Source: the human T2T-CHM13v2.0 reference genome, Homo sapiens. Taken from it: a stretch of 64,000 nt of DNA. The translations under genes and the position numbers were made by a program. The notes beneath the pieces are model-generated. The model searched no databases. It was not told the DNA's origin and saw only the letters and a list, made by a program, of their open reading frames with translations. The stretch lies in the NCBI RefSeq assembly GCF_009914755.1, contig NC_060932.1. One strand, 5' to 3'. Below are positions 61,394 to 64,000 of this stretch, in pieces; the stretch's first letter is position 1; every line of letters starts with the position of its first letter.

Positions 61394-61458
61394 GTTTTTT
61401 AAATCATTGGCCAACAATACTAAACAGTGCTGTGGATGGGCCATCTTTTGTTGCCAGG

Positions 61459-62830
61459 TGTGATTCTGTGAAATATTATTTGGTCCCCTTTCCTGGCATA
61501 CAACTCCTAAAATCCTTGGAATCTCCAAAGTACTGTCTTTTTGTATGCTAGTGTTGACTGATAGCTTAAGGGTGGAGCTGGTCACAGGAAAGACCAAGGC
61601 ATGATTAGAGGGTTGGGCTCTCAGCCACACCCCACAACCTCCTGGGAGCAGGCAGGGGCTGAATGAAGGTCAAGCTGACCACCAATGGATAATGGTTTAA
61701 GCAATCATGCCTATGTAATGAAGCCTCCCTAGAAACCCAAGAGGAACGTGGAGGCTCCTGGAGGTTGACTCCTGGGAGGCCATGGCAGCTCCAAGCTCCT
61801 TCCCTCACACCTCGCTTTGACACAAGAGCTAAAAATAAATTATTTAGGCAGTTAGTGAGGGTAAGAGAGCCCTTGGTAAGGCTTCCTTTTTAATGAAAAC
61901 AGCCCCCCAAATCATTTCTTTTCCAACAAAAAGCAGCCTGAAAAATCAAGCTGCAGACATAGAAAAGCAAGCTAGAAGCTTGCATGGGTAAATGCCAGCA
62001 GCTGTGCCAATAAGAAAAGGCTACCTGGTGGCCAGGCATGTTCAACATGGAGGCTTCATCTTCCCTTTTCTTTGTCAACCACATGTACAGTAAGGAACAG
62101 ACAACACGGTGTTGACCAGGTAGAGAGCCCATTGGCATAATAAAGATTAGGGTGGGGTGGCCAGCTTCTTCATGTAAATGGCACATCTGGTCCGACCAAT
62201 CTTTTGGGCCCTACATAAATCAGACACCGCCTCCTTAAGCTTATCTATAAAACCCTGTGCATTTCACCACAAAGCCAGAAGATCCGCTTGGGAGCCCATC
62301 TCTCTCTGCAGGGGAGAGAGTTTTCTCTTTCTCTCTATTAAACCTCCACTCTTAAACTCACTCCTGTGTGTTCACATCCTTGATTCCCTTGGCGTGAGGC
62401 AATGAAGCTCAGGTATCACCCCAGACAACGCCACTTCAGCCCTACACATCTCTTCATCTGCATCTGTTGTGATGTCCTTTATAGTAAACTGGTAAACCTA
62501 AGTGTTTTACTGAGTTCTGTGAACCACTCTAGCAAATAATCAAACCCAAAGAGGGGTTGCAGGAACCCTAGCTTGAAGCTAGTCAGTCAGAAGCTGCGGA
62601 AGCTGGGACTTGTGACTGGTGTCTGAACTGGTGGCCGGGGCATTCTTGGAGACTGAGCCCTCAACTTGTGGGATCTGATGCCATCTCTAGGTAAATAGTG
62701 TCAGAATTGAATCAGAGGACACCTGGCTGGTGTCTGCTGCCAAATCGATTGCTCAGTTGGTGATGGGGATGACATTTGGTCACAGAAGTCCATCTGTGTT
62801 GATAATTGTGGTGTGAGGGCAAGAGACACC
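61459..62830 (+). mobile_element. MER21-like LTR interrupted by another LTR
   Basis: GGTCACAGGAAAGACCAAGGCATGATTAGAGGGTTGG and GAGTTCTGTGAACCACTCTAGCAAAT motifs on either side of the insert. Confidence 0.6.
61818..62438 (+). mobile_element. MER61-like ERV1 solo LTR
   Basis: TG...CA, AAATTATTTAGGCAGTTAGTGAGGGTAAG start, TATAAAA box and ATTAAA signal. Confidence 0.55.
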
Positions 62831-64000
62831 ACCAGGCCAAAAGCATGCAATCCCCGCCTGTGTGCTCCCCTGGAGAGGTTGAATGTGTTGTGTTTCCCCA
62901 TGTGGCCTTGGGTCAGGGATTAGAGGGTCACACAAACCTTCCCCACCCACAAGCTCCACCCCTTCAGCCCAGTTCCACCCACTTGGTGACTCTGGACAAC
63001 GCTCTGGCCCTCTCTGAGTCTCAGTATCTTCATTTGTAAAATGGAGATTACACCCACTGCATAAACACAGTGTGTGAGGATGAGGCATGGAGAGCATTTG
63101 CCACTGTGCCTGACACACATTAGAGATGGCAAGGAAACTGCAAGCCACTTGCACACACCAAGCCCCCAGTAAAAATAGCCCCAGGCAACCAGCCCGGTTG
63201 TGTCTGAAACCTCCTAGCTGCAGCTTCCACACCTGCCTGGCTCTGCACCTCCTGATCCACTCCTGGGTCTCTTTGGTTCCAGTCCCAGCTTCCCCACCTC
63301 CTTCCCAGACCCACACTTGATCCTGGGACCCCACTGCAGATTCAGCTTCTCTGGCTTTGCCTCTGTCCTCCAGATCTATCTAGAGGTAACTGACTCATCC
63401 CTCCAACGTACTTGGAATGAGTTTTGCAGTCCCCAGTCTAGGTTCTAGGGGGCCCAGGCTGAAGCACCCATCAGTGGGGGACACAATTGTGAAACTGAAA
63501 ACTGATTAAAAATTTGCTGTGGAGCTCTGCTCATAGGGCCCTTCTTGGGGTCCCACTAGTGACCAAATTCTATGGCCTCAGAATCTTCACAGACACTGTT
63601 TCCTGGCCTATTTCCTCTGATTAAATTCTACTCATCCAGTAAACCCCCACTTAAATGTCCATTCCTCAGAGAAGCCTTCCTTGACTGATAATTAGAAACT
63701 AGTCCTCCCCTGCTATATTCTCAGGAAAACTTCTATGCATGTTTCTTTCATTGCATTTATTATAATTTGTACTTAGTATACTTGAGTGATGATTTGTTCA
63801 ATATTTTTCTTCCCTTATATTTATTAGGATATACATATAAGAAAAACTCCAAAAGACAAAACAAGTTTATTTCTCTCTCACATGAAACTTAGAGTTGACT
63901 CTGCTCCACAGAGTCACTTGTTTTGCCATTCCTCATGTGTCACCTTATTTATAAGGTCTGAAAGAGCTCACCTCATTGTCCTCATTTCTGCCAGTGGAAG

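Noticed and set aside
62780-63334. 184-aa minus-strand ORF
   Set aside because: Spans LTR and MIR-like fragments; no protein motif

Overview
Human non-coding, repeat-dense genomic DNA. The CODIS marker D8S1179 (TCTA TCTG [TCTA]11, allele 13, with both recalled primer-binding flanks) at 44345-44396 places the window at 8q24.13; from memory this is between MTSS1 and ZNF572/SQLE, in the LINC00964 region, which the sequence cannot confirm. No host protein-coding exon is supportable. The only protein-like ORFs are retroelement remnants (L1 ORF2, HERV-W gag/pol/env, HERV-I env, ERV-L RT). The dominant structure is a nested retroviral complex at 47874-61393: an LTR10/HERV-I (HERVIP10-type) provirus (+) carrying a two-LTR HERV-W provirus (-) that contains an Alu, plus a young L1PA2-like insertion. 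The HERV-W leader is homologous to the host's pol remnant, giving a ~1 kb inverted repeat, and both proviruses share an unusual Ile-like PBS. Other notable items are a twin-primed L1, an AluYa5, a tailless U5 snRNA retrocopy, an orphan poly(A)-tailed insertion, a 236-nt Alu-derived GAA/TTC tract, an old ERV-L provirus and a solo LTR7. I found no evidence for a new protein-based system. Repeat subfamily names come from recalled consensus sequences and boundaries are approximate unless a TSD is quoted.
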